From Nitrospinaceae bacterium (lineage in GTDB: Bacteria > Nitrospinota > Nitrospinia > Nitrospinales > Nitrospinaceae): DNA of 64,000 bases. Numbering within the stretch: the stretch's first letter is position 1; every line of letters begins with the position of its first letter. Where the stretch lies: positions 2,016,001-2,080,000 of the forward strand of contig OZ245011.1 in assembly GCA_965223665.1 (NCBI GenBank), in the 5' to 3' direction. The position numbers and the translations under genes are program-made. Positions 47,834 to 58,060 of this stretch are shown here, one piece after another. Below the pieces are notes generated by a model, which was not told the DNA's origin, did no database searches, and saw only the letters and a list, made by a program, of their open reading frames with translations.

Positions 47834-48265
47834 ATGAGTTTGCGACAATGGATTTCCGGGATAGTGATTTGCCTTGTGATGGGTTTCTCCCCAGCCATTA
47901 ACGCAGATCACTTTCCGGAACCTGTTGTGGATAAAGAATCGAAAGCCCTGGAGTTGCAAATTCAAACTTTGCGCGCCAAACTCCAGGACATTAAGGCGGT
48001 GCGCGTCTTAGTCAAGTTGAAAAAGGAAACCAGGGAGGAGTCGCCTCCTCCCTCGGTTCCGCAACCACCGGGTTCACTTTCGAAAGCACAGGAAAGTTTT
48101 GTGCAGCAAGTCGCCGGCCAGGGCGTAACGGCTTTGGAACCGCTGCAGGGAACCTCGCTGGTGTTGATGACTTTAACGGAAGAAGGTCTGGAGCGTGTGA
48201 TCGCAACTCAACAAGTCCAAACCATCCACGAAGACAGCCCCCTCCAACCATTTGGGATAAGGTAG
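47834..48265 (+). CDS. Secreted stand-alone propeptide (I9-like) homolog, candidate protease inhibitor or chaperone
   Basis: VRVLVKLK...PLQGTSLVLMTLTEEGLERV...V..IHED aligns with the upstream prodomain VRVIVRLK...IPGSALMVLTLNDQELQAL...V..MFED. Confidence 0.75.
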   Translation: MSLRQWISGIVICLVMGFSPAINADHFPEPVVDKESKALELQIQTLRAKLQDIKAVRVLVKLKKETREESPPPSVPQPPGSLSKAQESFVQQVAGQGVTALEPLQGTSLVLMTLTEEGLERVIATQQVQTIHEDSPLQPFGIR

Positions 48266-48300
48266 AGAGTTACTCTTGCTACAAATGATAGTCACGCAAT

Positions 48301-51300
48301 TTAATCCCTGGGAGGGTCAACAAACCCGGTTCCCCAATCTCGGCAAACAATTCGGTCCGCACGAATTCCACCGCAAAGGCCGCTGGTGCCTGCTTCACTG
48401 CAGTTGATATATGGATCTTTCCCCAAAGCTTTTTGAAATCCCAACATGTTCACTGTGGGAGCCCCACAACCTGAGTCCGGTGGACAATTGATATAAGGTG
48501 CCATGGAACCCCAGGTTAAAGTGAGTTCATCCGTTCGCTGGGAGTTAGCAAAATATGAATTTGCAAAAGATTTTGCAGGCTCAGGAATTTCAACATTTTG
48601 CTCACACTGATCCAGGTGAGGTGGACAATTATTCATAGCTTCACAACGGTTTTGAACTGCTTGATCACAACTAGGCTCTCCTGAAGTACCTCCACTTTCT
48701 GTTTCAGGTTGGGATGGCTGGTCCTCTTCTTCTGGTGTTTCAGGAGTATTCCCTCCAGAAGTCACAGGTTGATTTCCTTCGTCGGGGTCGCCAACGATAA
48801 TCCTAGGAGCTGGTGGTGGTTCAGGTGGGTTCCCATCATAAATTTCGTTAAAACCCCTCGCAATATCATCACTAAATTCAATTACAGCATCCCCAATTCT
48901 ATCCGGAATAGATCCTACAAATGGAATGTCCTTTGTATATTTTGCCCAATTCTTTAAACCTTGTCCTAAATATTCCACATCTTCAGCAGTAACATCCATC
49001 GCCCAGCTCCTTTTAACATTTAAGTCTTTAAAGGATTTGGCTGTTTTGAAAGGGGCAAATTTTTCAGACTTGGTCAAAGAAAGCGTTTCTCTAAAAAGTT
49101 GATGTGAAAATGTTGATGCAATTCCCTTAGGATACCATGCCGCCATCATTGCATCCTCCATAGCCAAAAGTTTGCTAACTGAGCCGGAATTGATAGCCGT
49201 TTTAAATGGATCAGACAGACTCCTTATGTTAGGGAGAGACATCCCAGGACGGTATCCTTGAACAAGTTCTTTTGCTTTTCTATAGGTATCCCAAAAAGTT
49301 CGTTCTAAGGGGGCTCGATTAAAATTATATTGAGTCGCTCTATTTTCAGGTCCGACTTCATATACTCTCAAAAATTCTGGTAGTTGTTGGCTTTCATTTA
49401 ATATACGATGTGCTAAAAAATTTTGTGTCAAATGTGTTTCACTCAAACCAAGCACCACTCCATATAAAGTAGCATAATTTTTACTTAAGATATTCCCCAT
49501 TAAACCTCGGCTAGCATTACCTCCATGAACCTGAAAGTTTTCAGGACAATCCCCGGTGACTTCTACTGCCCCACCAGAGTTTTGATTTCCTGCGTTTGGG
49601 TCAAAGACAGCTCTCCATCGTACTTTCCAAGTGCCGGAATGACTTTGAGAATCAGGAAGTTTAATACGAATGCTATTACCATCTAAACCAAAGACAAAAC
49701 AGGAATGGGTTAATGGATTTTGATTTCCTCGGCAGTTTCGAATGGTTTGAGAGGCACCTCGACTGCCGGCGGGTGTAATGACTTCTACTTCATGGCGAAA
49801 AGTGAGAAAGTTATCTGCAATTAACTTGACTATAAGGTCATTATCTTTGCTAACTGAAGCTTCATCGATATGAAGTGAGATAGTTTTCCACTGATTAGAA
49901 GATTTTAAGCCATTAAAAATTTCTTTTACTGCAAAATAATCACTTGATTTACCCGAAACTTTAAGCGACCAACTCATGAGATAACTTACTGAAACATTCA
50001 ATTCTCTTCCCGTTTCAGGGTCTACTTTAATAATTTGAAGTTTCCAGGTTCCATCCACTAATTTTCCTTTTAAGCTTGCAGGAATTGGAATTCCTCCTGA
50101 TCCTAATTTGACCCTGTAACGAGATCCATTTTGGGGATTATTCTTTAACCAAATGGATTCGCCTGTTGGGCTAACCAGCTTGACTTTGGTGTCTGTAATA
50201 TTATTTATGCCCGGACGAATTCTATTTAAATCTATAAGATCGGGCCGATGCATAATTGCAAATTTCACTTCAGCCGAGGAAAGATGAACCCCTGAAGCAA
50301 TGAGATTAGAAGCCCCTAATGCTGCATTTTTTATTGGGCCTGTTTGATTAAATCCATTAAAAAATTGGCGTACAACATTTTTTCGGGAAGGAAATGGGGT
50401 TAATTTTCCTTTCATCTTTAAGTTTACAGATTTGATATCAAATCGGGAAACGTAGGTTTTGGGAAGGGACAAATTGGTGGCAGTGGACCGAATAAGTAGA
50501 GCAATTTCTTTTCCATCCATTAAATCCCGATTTAATGAATCATGAAGTAACGGTCGTGTATCTCGTACTAAAATTGTCCATTTACCCGAACTCATTTTGG
50601 ACTGAATATCATTTGTTAAAGTGTATTTTAAGTTGTTTTTTGTATAAGTAGCTCTGTCTATACCATGTCTTGAAATAAAAGCCGCTTTATCTCTACTGCT
50701 ACATATTTCGAAAATAGCATTTCCCTTCCCCCACCATTTAGTGTTAGGACACTTAACCTTTTTAACTTTGATTTTCTTATTTCTATCAAATGTAGGGAAG
50801 CCATACCGATCCAAAATCGGATGAACAAGTTTGGCTTGTCGGCCTTGGCTTACCTCCAACCTTGCAATTCCTGGTAATTTAGAAACAGGGTAGTTCATAC
50901 TGATATTGGATCCTGAAGGCTCATAATGAAAAGCGTTTCCAACAAGATAGGAATCTCCATCGGGCGAAATGAGATATACTTCCACTTCATCAAAATTAGA
51001 TTTGGTTAATTGGAGAGGAGTCGTTGCCAATCCATTATTTGTTGATAATTTTGAGGGCTGCAACTTTAAATTGATCTGAATTTTTTCTAAATTTGCATTG
51101 TAGGCTAAAGGAACATCTATAGTAGCTATTTGTATTGGGGTTTGAAAAATAGAATTTAGATTCTGACTAATGACTTTTCCTTTATAAGTTTTTTCAAAAA
51201 CCCAACCCGGGCGAATTTGATTTCGCCTCAAGTGGTCAGCTATTGCATCTCTAAAAGGATCAGGGATTTCTCTGTCTTGGGCATAGGTAAAATTTCCACT

Positions 51301-51351
51301 GGATAAAAACAATATTATTAAGTACGCAATGATTATCAATTTTTTTCTCAT
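48301..51351 (-). CDS. Large secreted protein with three degenerate P-domain-like units and a Cys-rich C-terminus
   Basis: Signal peptide; VYLISPDG..GKWTILVRD, VKLVSPTG..GTWKLQI and VEVITPAG..GTWKVRW; Pro/Glu linker; AT-rich. Confidence 0.8.
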   Translation of the reverse strand: MRKKLIIIAYLIILFLSSGNFTYAQDREIPDPFRDAIADHLRRNQIRPGWVFEKTYKGKVISQNLNSIFQTPIQIATIDVPLAYNANLEKIQINLKLQPSKLSTNNGLATTPLQLTKSNFDEVEVYLISPDGDSYLVGNAFHYEPSGSNISMNYPVSKLPGIARLEVSQGRQAKLVHPILDRYGFPTFDRNKKIKVKKVKCPNTKWWGKGNAIFEICSSRDKAAFISRHGIDRATYTKNNLKYTLTNDIQSKMSSGKWTILVRDTRPLLHDSLNRDLMDGKEIALLIRSTATNLSLPKTYVSRFDIKSVNLKMKGKLTPFPSRKNVVRQFFNGFNQTGPIKNAALGASNLIASGVHLSSAEVKFAIMHRPDLIDLNRIRPGINNITDTKVKLVSPTGESIWLKNNPQNGSRYRVKLGSGGIPIPASLKGKLVDGTWKLQIIKVDPETGRELNVSVSYLMSWSLKVSGKSSDYFAVKEIFNGLKSSNQWKTISLHIDEASVSKDNDLIVKLIADNFLTFRHEVEVITPAGSRGASQTIRNCRGNQNPLTHSCFVFGLDGNSIRIKLPDSQSHSGTWKVRWRAVFDPNAGNQNSGGAVEVTGDCPENFQVHGGNASRGLMGNILSKNYATLYGVVLGLSETHLTQNFLAHRILNESQQLPEFLRVYEVGPENRATQYNFNRAPLERTFWDTYRKAKELVQGYRPGMSLPNIRSLSDPFKTAINSGSVSKLLAMEDAMMAAWYPKGIASTFSHQLFRETLSLTKSEKFAPFKTAKSFKDLNVKRSWAMDVTAEDVEYLGQGLKNWAKYTKDIPFVGSIPDRIGDAVIEFSDDIARGFNEIYDGNPPEPPPAPRIIVGDPDEGNQPVTSGGNTPETPEEEDQPSQPETESGGTSGEPSCDQAVQNRCEAMNNCPPHLDQCEQNVEIPEPAKSFANSYFANSQRTDELTLTWGSMAPYINCPPDSGCGAPTVNMLGFQKALGKDPYINCSEAGTSGLCGGIRADRIVCRDWGTGFVDPPRD

Positions 51352-51535
51352 GTACTTCCCCTTTTAATCTATGCTTTTAAGGTTTATCTTTTACACAATT
51401 TTTCAAATAATGCTTTCCTACATTTCCTTGAAATGGATTAAAAAAATAAATGGGTTCGATTGATTTTTCGGACGGATCTTAAAAATCAGCTTTCCTTATT
51501 TAAAATTCCATTTTCAAAATAAGATTCGGTGGGAA

Positions 51536-51689
51536 TCAATTATCCTCCAACAAACTTCCGGCAACCCAGTCATGTTCTCCAGCAGCCGTTCGACCATTAC
51601 CGCCGCTGACGCTGGCCCAACTATCACTTGCAGAATTCATTCTTCCTCCACTGACACTGGAACTATTTCCACTCGTAGTATGGGACGAA
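51536..51689 (-). pseudogene. Orphan C-terminal fragment of a fourth SVSGG-repeat paralog
   Basis: Translates SHTTSGNSSSVSGGRMNSASDSWASVSGGNGRTAAGEHDWVAGSLLEDN*, out of frame behind the 51690 stop. Confidence 0.85.
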
Positions 51690-53090
51690 TTATTCTAATA
51701 AACTGCCTGCTGCCCAATTCCAAGTACGGGGAGCGACAACAGTTAGTCCACCACTGATACTTGATGCTATTCCTTCTGGAATGTTATTTTGACCGCCGCT
51801 GACACTGGATGCTTCTCCATCCGCATTATTGAATCGACCTCCGCTGACACTGGAGTCTTCTCCACTCGCATCATTGGATCTACCACCACTGACACTGGAG
51901 TCCCTCCCAATCGCACTATTACCACTGCCACCACTGACGCTGGAGTCATCTCCAATCGCATTATTACCACCGCCACCACTGACACTTGAGCCCCATCCAG
52001 TTGCTTCATTAAATCGACCACCGCTGACACTGGAGTAAGGCCCATTAGCTTCATTATTACGGCCACCGCCGACACTGGCGTAAGCGGCTGAGGTTGCAAT
52101 GTTTTGCAATCCTCCGGAAACGCTGGTGTACGGTGCATTGATCCAGTTATCTCTAGCTACAACGAGTCCGCCGAAGCTGGTGTAGTTGTGTCCATGACCG
52201 ATGACCACGTTGTGCGAACCGGATTTATCAGTTACAGGAGTGCCGTCCCCCTTATAAGGATGGATGTGTTCGTTATAACCGACAATGAGATTCCCTAAAC
52301 CATTGACCGATCCGCTGTTGCTGTCCGGATCAGAAGGATTCCCATTAGTGGCACCAAGACCGTTGCGGATATGAATATTCAATCCGTTAAAATAAAGTTC
52401 ATTTCCTCCTCGGCTCACTCCAAAAAACAGAGCCTGAAGGGCATCCAATTCCGCCGTTAAAGCATCTATTTCCTCCTGCAACGATGCCAGGGTAGGTCCG
52501 CCACCGTTGTCGGTATAGGTCACTTCCAAAGTGGGAGGAGGGCCCTGCGATTCGTTGGAATCCATCACAATGCCGTTATTCGTGCCGCCCGTGCGGAGGA
52601 TCAGGCCATTGTTCGGAATCGATCCGTCCACCCAGCCCTGAACCAGTGCAACGCCGCTGGCGTTCAGCACGCTTATCCCCACACCGGACGTAAACGGCGG
52701 AACAGTGGCGAGCACGGTAGGACCTTGATCCAAATCGTTCCAATCCACCGTTGCTTCCGACCAAGCGGAGTCCTGCGAATAAAAGTTATAAACTCCGGAA
52801 CTGTTATTCGTGTAATTAAACGAAACCGAAGCACCGGTCACCGTTGCACTCGCTGGGATAGAAGAGATGTCCCATTGCACAATAGTGACAATTTCTCCAT
52901 AAGTGCCAGTATCCGGATCCTGACTCACCCCGTCGGCAAGTAATACCGTTTCGCTGCCATAGTTTTTGGTGGGTGATGTACTTCGTGCATAACCGTCTTC
53001 CGCATTGGTGAAGGTATCGGTCACAGCAAAGGAAGAAGTGTAGGAAAATAGAACTAAAACAAATATAAAAAGCTTCACTATGGATTTCAT
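51690..53090 (-). CDS. DNRLRE/CBM96-domain surface protein with coiled coil and 14-aa SVSGG..N.A repeats
   Basis: Signal peptide; ED.Y.....PTKNYG, WDISSIPASATVTGA, LVQGW.DG...N.G; repeats; ends WAAGSLLE. Confidence 0.88.
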   Translation of the reverse strand: MKSIVKLFIFVLVLFSYTSSFAVTDTFTNAEDGYARSTSPTKNYGSETVLLADGVSQDPDTGTYGEIVTIVQWDISSIPASATVTGASVSFNYTNNSSGVYNFYSQDSAWSEATVDWNDLDQGPTVLATVPPFTSGVGISVLNASGVALVQGWVDGSIPNNGLILRTGGTNNGIVMDSNESQGPPPTLEVTYTDNGGGPTLASLQEEIDALTAELDALQALFFGVSRGGNELYFNGLNIHIRNGLGATNGNPSDPDSNSGSVNGLGNLIVGYNEHIHPYKGDGTPVTDKSGSHNVVIGHGHNYTSFGGLVVARDNWINAPYTSVSGGLQNIATSAAYASVGGGRNNEANGPYSSVSGGRFNEATGWGSSVSGGGGNNAIGDDSSVSGGSGNSAIGRDSSVSGGRSNDASGEDSSVSGGRFNNADGEASSVSGGQNNIPEGIASSISGGLTVVAPRTWNWAAGSLLE

Positions 53091-53113
53091 ACCCTTTACT
53101 CCACAAAGAAAAT

Positions 53114-54532
53114 TTAATTATCTTCAAACAAACTGCCGGCCACCCAGTCAATGCCTCCTGGAGCTGTTCGAGTAAGCCCCCCACTGACGCTGGACCTTAA
53201 TCCACTTGCAGTATTATTCTGTCCTCCACTGACACTTGATTGTCCACCATCGGCATTGTTAACAAAACCACCACTAATACTGGATTCCTCTCCACTAGCA
53301 ATGTTTCTTTCGCCTCCGCTGACGCTGGAACTTTGCCCGCGGGCAGAATTACCTGCCCCTCCGCTGATGCTTGAACTGCCACCACTTGCTGTATTGCCTT
53401 CTCCTCCGCTGACGCTGGAACTAATTCCACTTGCAGAATTAACCTGTCCTCCACTGACGCTGGACCTTAATCCACTGGCATTATTAAACGCTCCTCCACT
53501 GACGCTAGCCAACTCTCCACTTGCAGTATTAAGAAATCCTCCACTGACACTAGCGTAAGATGCAGAAGTGGCCGTGTTTTCAAATCCCCCCGAAACACTG
53601 GTATAGGGAGCATTGATCCAGTTGTCCTTAGCAACGACTAAACCGCCAAAGCTGGTGTAGTTGTGACCATGGCCAATGACTACATTGTGTGAACCGGATT
53701 TATCAGTTGCAGGAGTACCGTCCCCGTTATAAGGATTGATGTGTTCGTTATAACCGACGATGAGATTCCCTAAACCATTGACCGTTCCGCTATTGCTATC
53801 CGGATCACCCGGGTTGCCATTGGTGGCGCCGAGGCCATTTTCAATGTGAACATTCACGCCAGTAAAGTGAATACCGCTTCCGTTACGTGTGACATTAGCT
53901 AACAAGTTTTCGAGATAGGCCACCCGTTCTTCCAGCGTTTGTCCATTGGTGGTGTAAGTCACTTCCAGTGTGGGCGCAGAGCCCTGCGATTCGTTGGAAT
54001 CCATAACAATGCCGTTATTCGTGCCCCCCGTGCGGAGGATCAGGCCATTGTTCGGAATCGATCCGTCCACCCAGCCCTGAACCAGTGCAACGCCGCTGGC
54101 GTTCAGCACGCTTATCCCCACACCGGACGTAAACGGCGGAACCGTGGCGAGCACGGTAGGGCCTTGATCCAAATCGTTCCAATCCACCGTTGCTTCCGAC
54201 CAAGCGGAGTCCTGCGAATAAAAGTTATAAACTCCGGAACTGTTATTCGTGTAATTAAACGAAACCGAAGCACCGGTCACCGTTGCACTCGCTGGGATAG
54301 AAGAGATGTCCCATTGCACTATTGTGACAATTTCCCCATAAGTGCCGGTATCGGGATCCTGACTTACACCATCGGCAAGGAGAACGGTTTCGCTGCCATA
54401 ATTTTTTGTGGGAGACGTGCTCCGGGCATAACTGTCTTCCGCGTTGGTAAAAGTATCAGTCACCGCAAAAGCCGGAGAGTTAAAAAGGAAAAAGAAAGAA
54501 ATAATGAAGGCTTGATATAAGAATCCGGGCAT
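53114..54532 (-). CDS. DNRLRE/CBM96-domain surface protein with SVSGG repeats (paralog)
   Basis: Same architecture; ends DWVAGSLFEDN; GAGGAGG RBS. Confidence 0.88.
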   Translation of the reverse strand: MPGFLYQAFIISFFFLFNSPAFAVTDTFTNAEDSYARSTSPTKNYGSETVLLADGVSQDPDTGTYGEIVTIVQWDISSIPASATVTGASVSFNYTNNSSGVYNFYSQDSAWSEATVDWNDLDQGPTVLATVPPFTSGVGISVLNASGVALVQGWVDGSIPNNGLILRTGGTNNGIVMDSNESQGSAPTLEVTYTTNGQTLEERVAYLENLLANVTRNGSGIHFTGVNVHIENGLGATNGNPGDPDSNSGTVNGLGNLIVGYNEHINPYNGDGTPATDKSGSHNVVIGHGHNYTSFGGLVVAKDNWINAPYTSVSGGFENTATSASYASVSGGFLNTASGELASVSGGAFNNASGLRSSVSGGQVNSASGISSSVSGGEGNTASGGSSSISGGAGNSARGQSSSVSGGERNIASGEESSISGGFVNNADGGQSSVSGGQNNTASGLRSSVSGGLTRTAPGGIDWVAGSLFEDN

Positions 54533-54846
54533 AATCCCCTCCTCAAGGTATATATTTTCCTGTGGAATTTAGGGGATTGAAAACTGGAAGACAATAGCAC
54601 AAAAGTGCCATTTAATTTTGCCCCTCTTGTCAATAGCCCTTTTTAGTCATTTTTTCCTGTTTTACCTGTGTTTTTACTTCAAACTTGATCTTTCGCAAGT
54701 TCCCTAAAACAAAGGCTTTTTTGAAAAAAAACTTAAAAACGGACTTTTTAGTTAGGCAGCCAAAATTTTTTAACGCAAAAACGGTATTCTTTTCTTTACA
54801 ATCGCTTTTTCCGAAATATAATTTCACCTAACCGTTAAGCTTTTCT

Positions 54847-56034
54847 ATGGATTACGAATCTGCAGGAGGGGCAATAGTGATTTCGGAAAGCGCTTTATCG
54901 GAACCCGATTACCTTAAAATTATTGAGATCATAAACGAGTTGCAACTTTGTGACACCACGGAAAAACTGGATGACCTGGTCCGTGATGTCATTGCTCCCA
55001 CCTTCAATATCCAGCAACTTCAATTTGTTTGGACAGACCTGGATTTCTCCGATAAATCCGCCAATAAAATTACTGCCAGTTACGGGCATGGAATTTCCAA
55101 AAGAGAATCTCAAATTGGCGAGCAGGCCACCCCCTATTTTAAATCTATAGTCCAAACCGCCATTACTTCGCAGCGTCCGGTGTTGGCACACGATATTGAT
55201 ATTCCCCAGGATCAAACCGAAGCAGAAGTGCAGGAATTTCTCTCCATTCACCCGGAGATTTATAATGAAATTATGCAATCCGAAACCATTCTTAGGAATT
55301 CAAAAAACCGAAGGTATCTCCTCCTGCTCAATCCCCCGGAACTAAGCACCTGTATTAACCTGACGCGGCATTACCCGAATGACACACCGTTTACCTTACG
55401 CGAAGTGCGCATGGCCGAATTGCTGCGTCCCAGTTTTTTGCATTGCTTAAAGTTTATTTCTCTCAATGAAGAATTAAAAAATTACCAGTCGCTTTCCGAG
55501 GAATTGAGCAGAGTCGATACCGCCATGGCGATGGTCAACCCGCAGGGGTTTATTGTGTTCGGAAATCCTGCGTTTCAAAACCTGATGGAATTACAACAGG
55601 GTGACATCTTGCCGGAAGATATGCTGGAACTCATTAAGCAGCGCGACGATGTATATTCGCCAACAGAAGATTTATCACAGAATGCGCCGGACCTTACTTT
55701 TTATAGAATTCACCGGGAAGTATACCGCCTCAGTTGGACTCGATTGAAGCGTCCCGGCAAACCGGAGGACCGCTGCTGGCTGCTGCGCATGAAACCGGCG
55801 GTGGAACCGTTTTCAAAATCCAGCCTGGCAATGCAGGATGCCGACTTGTCTCCGCGGGAAATCGAAATCACTACACTCATCTGTGACGGATTTTCTAATG
55901 ACGATATTTCGGCGCGGTTGTTCATCAGTGAACACACGGTGAAAAACCACATCAAAAACATTTTCAAAAAATTCGGAATCAACAAACGGTTGCAGTTGAT
56001 GAACCTGCTCAAACCCGTGGAGGTTCAACAATGA
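54847..56034 (+). CDS. LuxR-family HTH regulator with GAF/PAS-like N-terminal region
   Basis: LSPREIEI..LIC.G.SN..I..RLFISEHTVKNHIKNIFKK. Confidence 0.92.
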   Translation: MDYESAGGAIVISESALSEPDYLKIIEIINELQLCDTTEKLDDLVRDVIAPTFNIQQLQFVWTDLDFSDKSANKITASYGHGISKRESQIGEQATPYFKSIVQTAITSQRPVLAHDIDIPQDQTEAEVQEFLSIHPEIYNEIMQSETILRNSKNRRYLLLLNPPELSTCINLTRHYPNDTPFTLREVRMAELLRPSFLHCLKFISLNEELKNYQSLSEELSRVDTAMAMVNPQGFIVFGNPAFQNLMELQQGDILPEDMLELIKQRDDVYSPTEDLSQNAPDLTFYRIHREVYRLSWTRLKRPGKPEDRCWLLRMKPAVEPFSKSSLAMQDADLSPREIEITTLICDGFSNDDISARLFISEHTVKNHIKNIFKKFGINKRLQLMNLLKPVEVQQ

Positions 56035-57188
56035 ACCATCCTCACACCCGCGAAGCCATTGGCCTGGAGGAAAATGATTATCTTAAAGTCATCGAGATCA
56101 TGCATGGACTCCAGCAAAGTGACAGCAAGGAAAAACTGGATAACCTGGTCCGTGATGTCATCGCGCCCACTTTTAATATTCAACAGGTATTCTTTATTTA
56201 TTTAGAATGGGATTTAAAAAATAAAATCTTAAAGAACCCGACCTCTACGGGATATGCATATGGATTAACATCGTCCAAAGAAATGGAGCTGGCAAACAAA
56301 GTGAATCCCTACATGAAAAGTATTGCGGAAAAAGTTGCCACTACCTTAAGGCCAGTCATTTCGCACGATGTCGATATTCCTCAACAATCACTAGAAAATG
56401 ATTTAGAAAATTTTTTTGGAGACCACCCACAATTTGATCGCAAAGAAATAGGGCCTGCGGGAATATCCCGCAGGATGCTTTTGACTTTTAATCCCCCGGA
56501 ATTAAATACCTGCATTTCCATGGCCCGACATTACCCGAACAACACACCGTTTACATTGCGGGAAGTACGGATGAGTGAGTTGTTGCGTCCCAGTTTTATG
56601 CATAGTCTGAAATTTATTTCTCTCAATGAAGAACTGAAAAATTATCAGTCTCTTTCCGAAACGCTGAGTCAAACCAGTACCGCCATGGCCATGGTCAACC
56701 CTCATGGGTTTATCGTGTTCGATAATCAGGCGTTTCAAGATTTAATGGAATTGGAACAGGGTGACACTCTGCCAGAGAACATGCTGGAATTAATTAAGCA
56801 ACGCGACGATGTGTATTCGCCAACTGAGGATTTATCGCGCAATTCCCCGGACCTGACTTTTTATAGAATCCACAAAGAAGTGTATCGAATGAGTTGGACT
56901 CGGTTAAAACGTCCCGGCAAACCGGAGGATCGCTGCTGGTTACTCCGCATGAAACCGGCGGTGGAACCCTATTCGCAAACCAGCTTGGCAATGCAGGATG
57001 CCGACTTGTCGCCGCGGGAAATCGAAATCACCACACTCATTTGCGACGGCTTCTCAAATGAAATGATTGCGCGGCGGTTATTCATCAGCGAGCACACTGT
57101 CAAAAACCACATCAAAAATATTTTCAAAAAATTCAACATCAACAAACGACTGCAATTGGTCAACCAATTAAAGAATAACGGAAATTGA
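56031..57188 (+). CDS. LuxR-family HTH regulator (tandem paralog)
   Basis: Same HTH; C-terminal half nearly identical to the 54847 protein; ATGA overlap. Confidence 0.92.
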   Translation: MNHPHTREAIGLEENDYLKVIEIMHGLQQSDSKEKLDNLVRDVIAPTFNIQQVFFIYLEWDLKNKILKNPTSTGYAYGLTSSKEMELANKVNPYMKSIAEKVATTLRPVISHDVDIPQQSLENDLENFFGDHPQFDRKEIGPAGISRRMLLTFNPPELNTCISMARHYPNNTPFTLREVRMSELLRPSFMHSLKFISLNEELKNYQSLSETLSQTSTAMAMVNPHGFIVFDNQAFQDLMELEQGDTLPENMLELIKQRDDVYSPTEDLSRNSPDLTFYRIHKEVYRMSWTRLKRPGKPEDRCWLLRMKPAVEPYSQTSLAMQDADLSPREIEITTLICDGFSNEMIARRLFISEHTVKNHIKNIFKKFNINKRLQLVNQLKNNGN

Positions 57189-57189
57189 A

Positions 57190-58011
57190 ATGACTTTTAA
57201 TATTGTCAATAAAATTAGCATTGTGTTCCTTGTCTGCCTTTGGTTCTTGATGTTTTCGTCAGGCCAACTTTCTTCCGCCCGGGCGCTAACTCCGGAAGAA
57301 AAAGGAAAAGCCCTGGCTTTTAAAACCGAAGAAATCCATTTCGATGACTATGTTGACGCCCTTGCAAGAGGTGAAATGCACCTCATCAAACCTAATGGGA
57401 AAGAGGTGGTGCGAGACTTTCTGATTAAAGTATTGGTGACTCCTGGGGACGGGGAAAAAACCATTACCCAATTTTTAAGTCCGGCAGATGTCAAGGGGGT
57501 GACTCTTTTGTCGGTGACGCACAAATTCAAATTTGATGACATCTGGTTGTACATTCCCGACTTGAGGCGCGTCAAACGTATCAGTTCCCAGAATAAAGGC
57601 AGTGGCGTCATGGGTTCCGAATTCGTCAATGAAGATCTGGGGCGGCAGGAACCGGAAAAGTTCACTTACAGATGGCTGGAAGAAAAACCCTGTGGCGATT
57701 TGATGTGCGATTTGATTGAGCGTGTTCCGGTAGAGAAAAGTACCATCTATTCGAAACAAATCATGTGGCTGGATCAGAAGCGACACTTTTATCATAAGTT
57801 TGAATTTTATGACAAGCAGGGTCGGTTCTTAAAAACTCTGCAAATGGAAAATGTAAATATAGTGGATGGAAAATATTGGCGTTGGAGTGCGCATAAAATG
57901 ACAAACCATCTGACCGGAGAAGTAACGCACATTTTCTTTAAAGATTGGAAGTTTAACAGCGGTATCAATAAATTCGAGTTTACTGTTCAAGGTTTAAAAA
58001 ATTCTCGCTGA
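57190..58011 (+). CDS. LolA-like outer membrane lipoprotein-sorting protein
   Basis: F.SPADVKG..LL, DD.WLY.P.LRRVKRISS.NK....MGSEF..EDL, EFYDK.G..LKTL. Confidence 0.9.
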   Translation: MTFNIVNKISIVFLVCLWFLMFSSGQLSSARALTPEEKGKALAFKTEEIHFDDYVDALARGEMHLIKPNGKEVVRDFLIKVLVTPGDGEKTITQFLSPADVKGVTLLSVTHKFKFDDIWLYIPDLRRVKRISSQNKGSGVMGSEFVNEDLGRQEPEKFTYRWLEEKPCGDLMCDLIERVPVEKSTIYSKQIMWLDQKRHFYHKFEFYDKQGRFLKTLQMENVNIVDGKYWRWSAHKMTNHLTGEVTHIFFKDWKFNSGINKFEFTVQGLKNSR

Positions 58012-58060
58012 AATTTGATTTGGAACTTAATACCATTACTAATTAATTACGGTCGTTCAT

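Noticed and set aside
51720-53600. 42-bp periodic CCACTGAC(A/G)CTGG repeats (also 59460-59840) resembling a CRISPR array
   Set aside because: They are in-frame codons for the 14-aa SVSGG protein repeat, degenerate at third positions, and no cas genes are present.
54595-54610. Sigma54 promoter TGGCAC...TGC upstream of the 54532 gene
   Set aside because: GG-to-GC spacing is 9 nt rather than the required 10; it is only a short GCAC-aaaa-GTGC palindrome.
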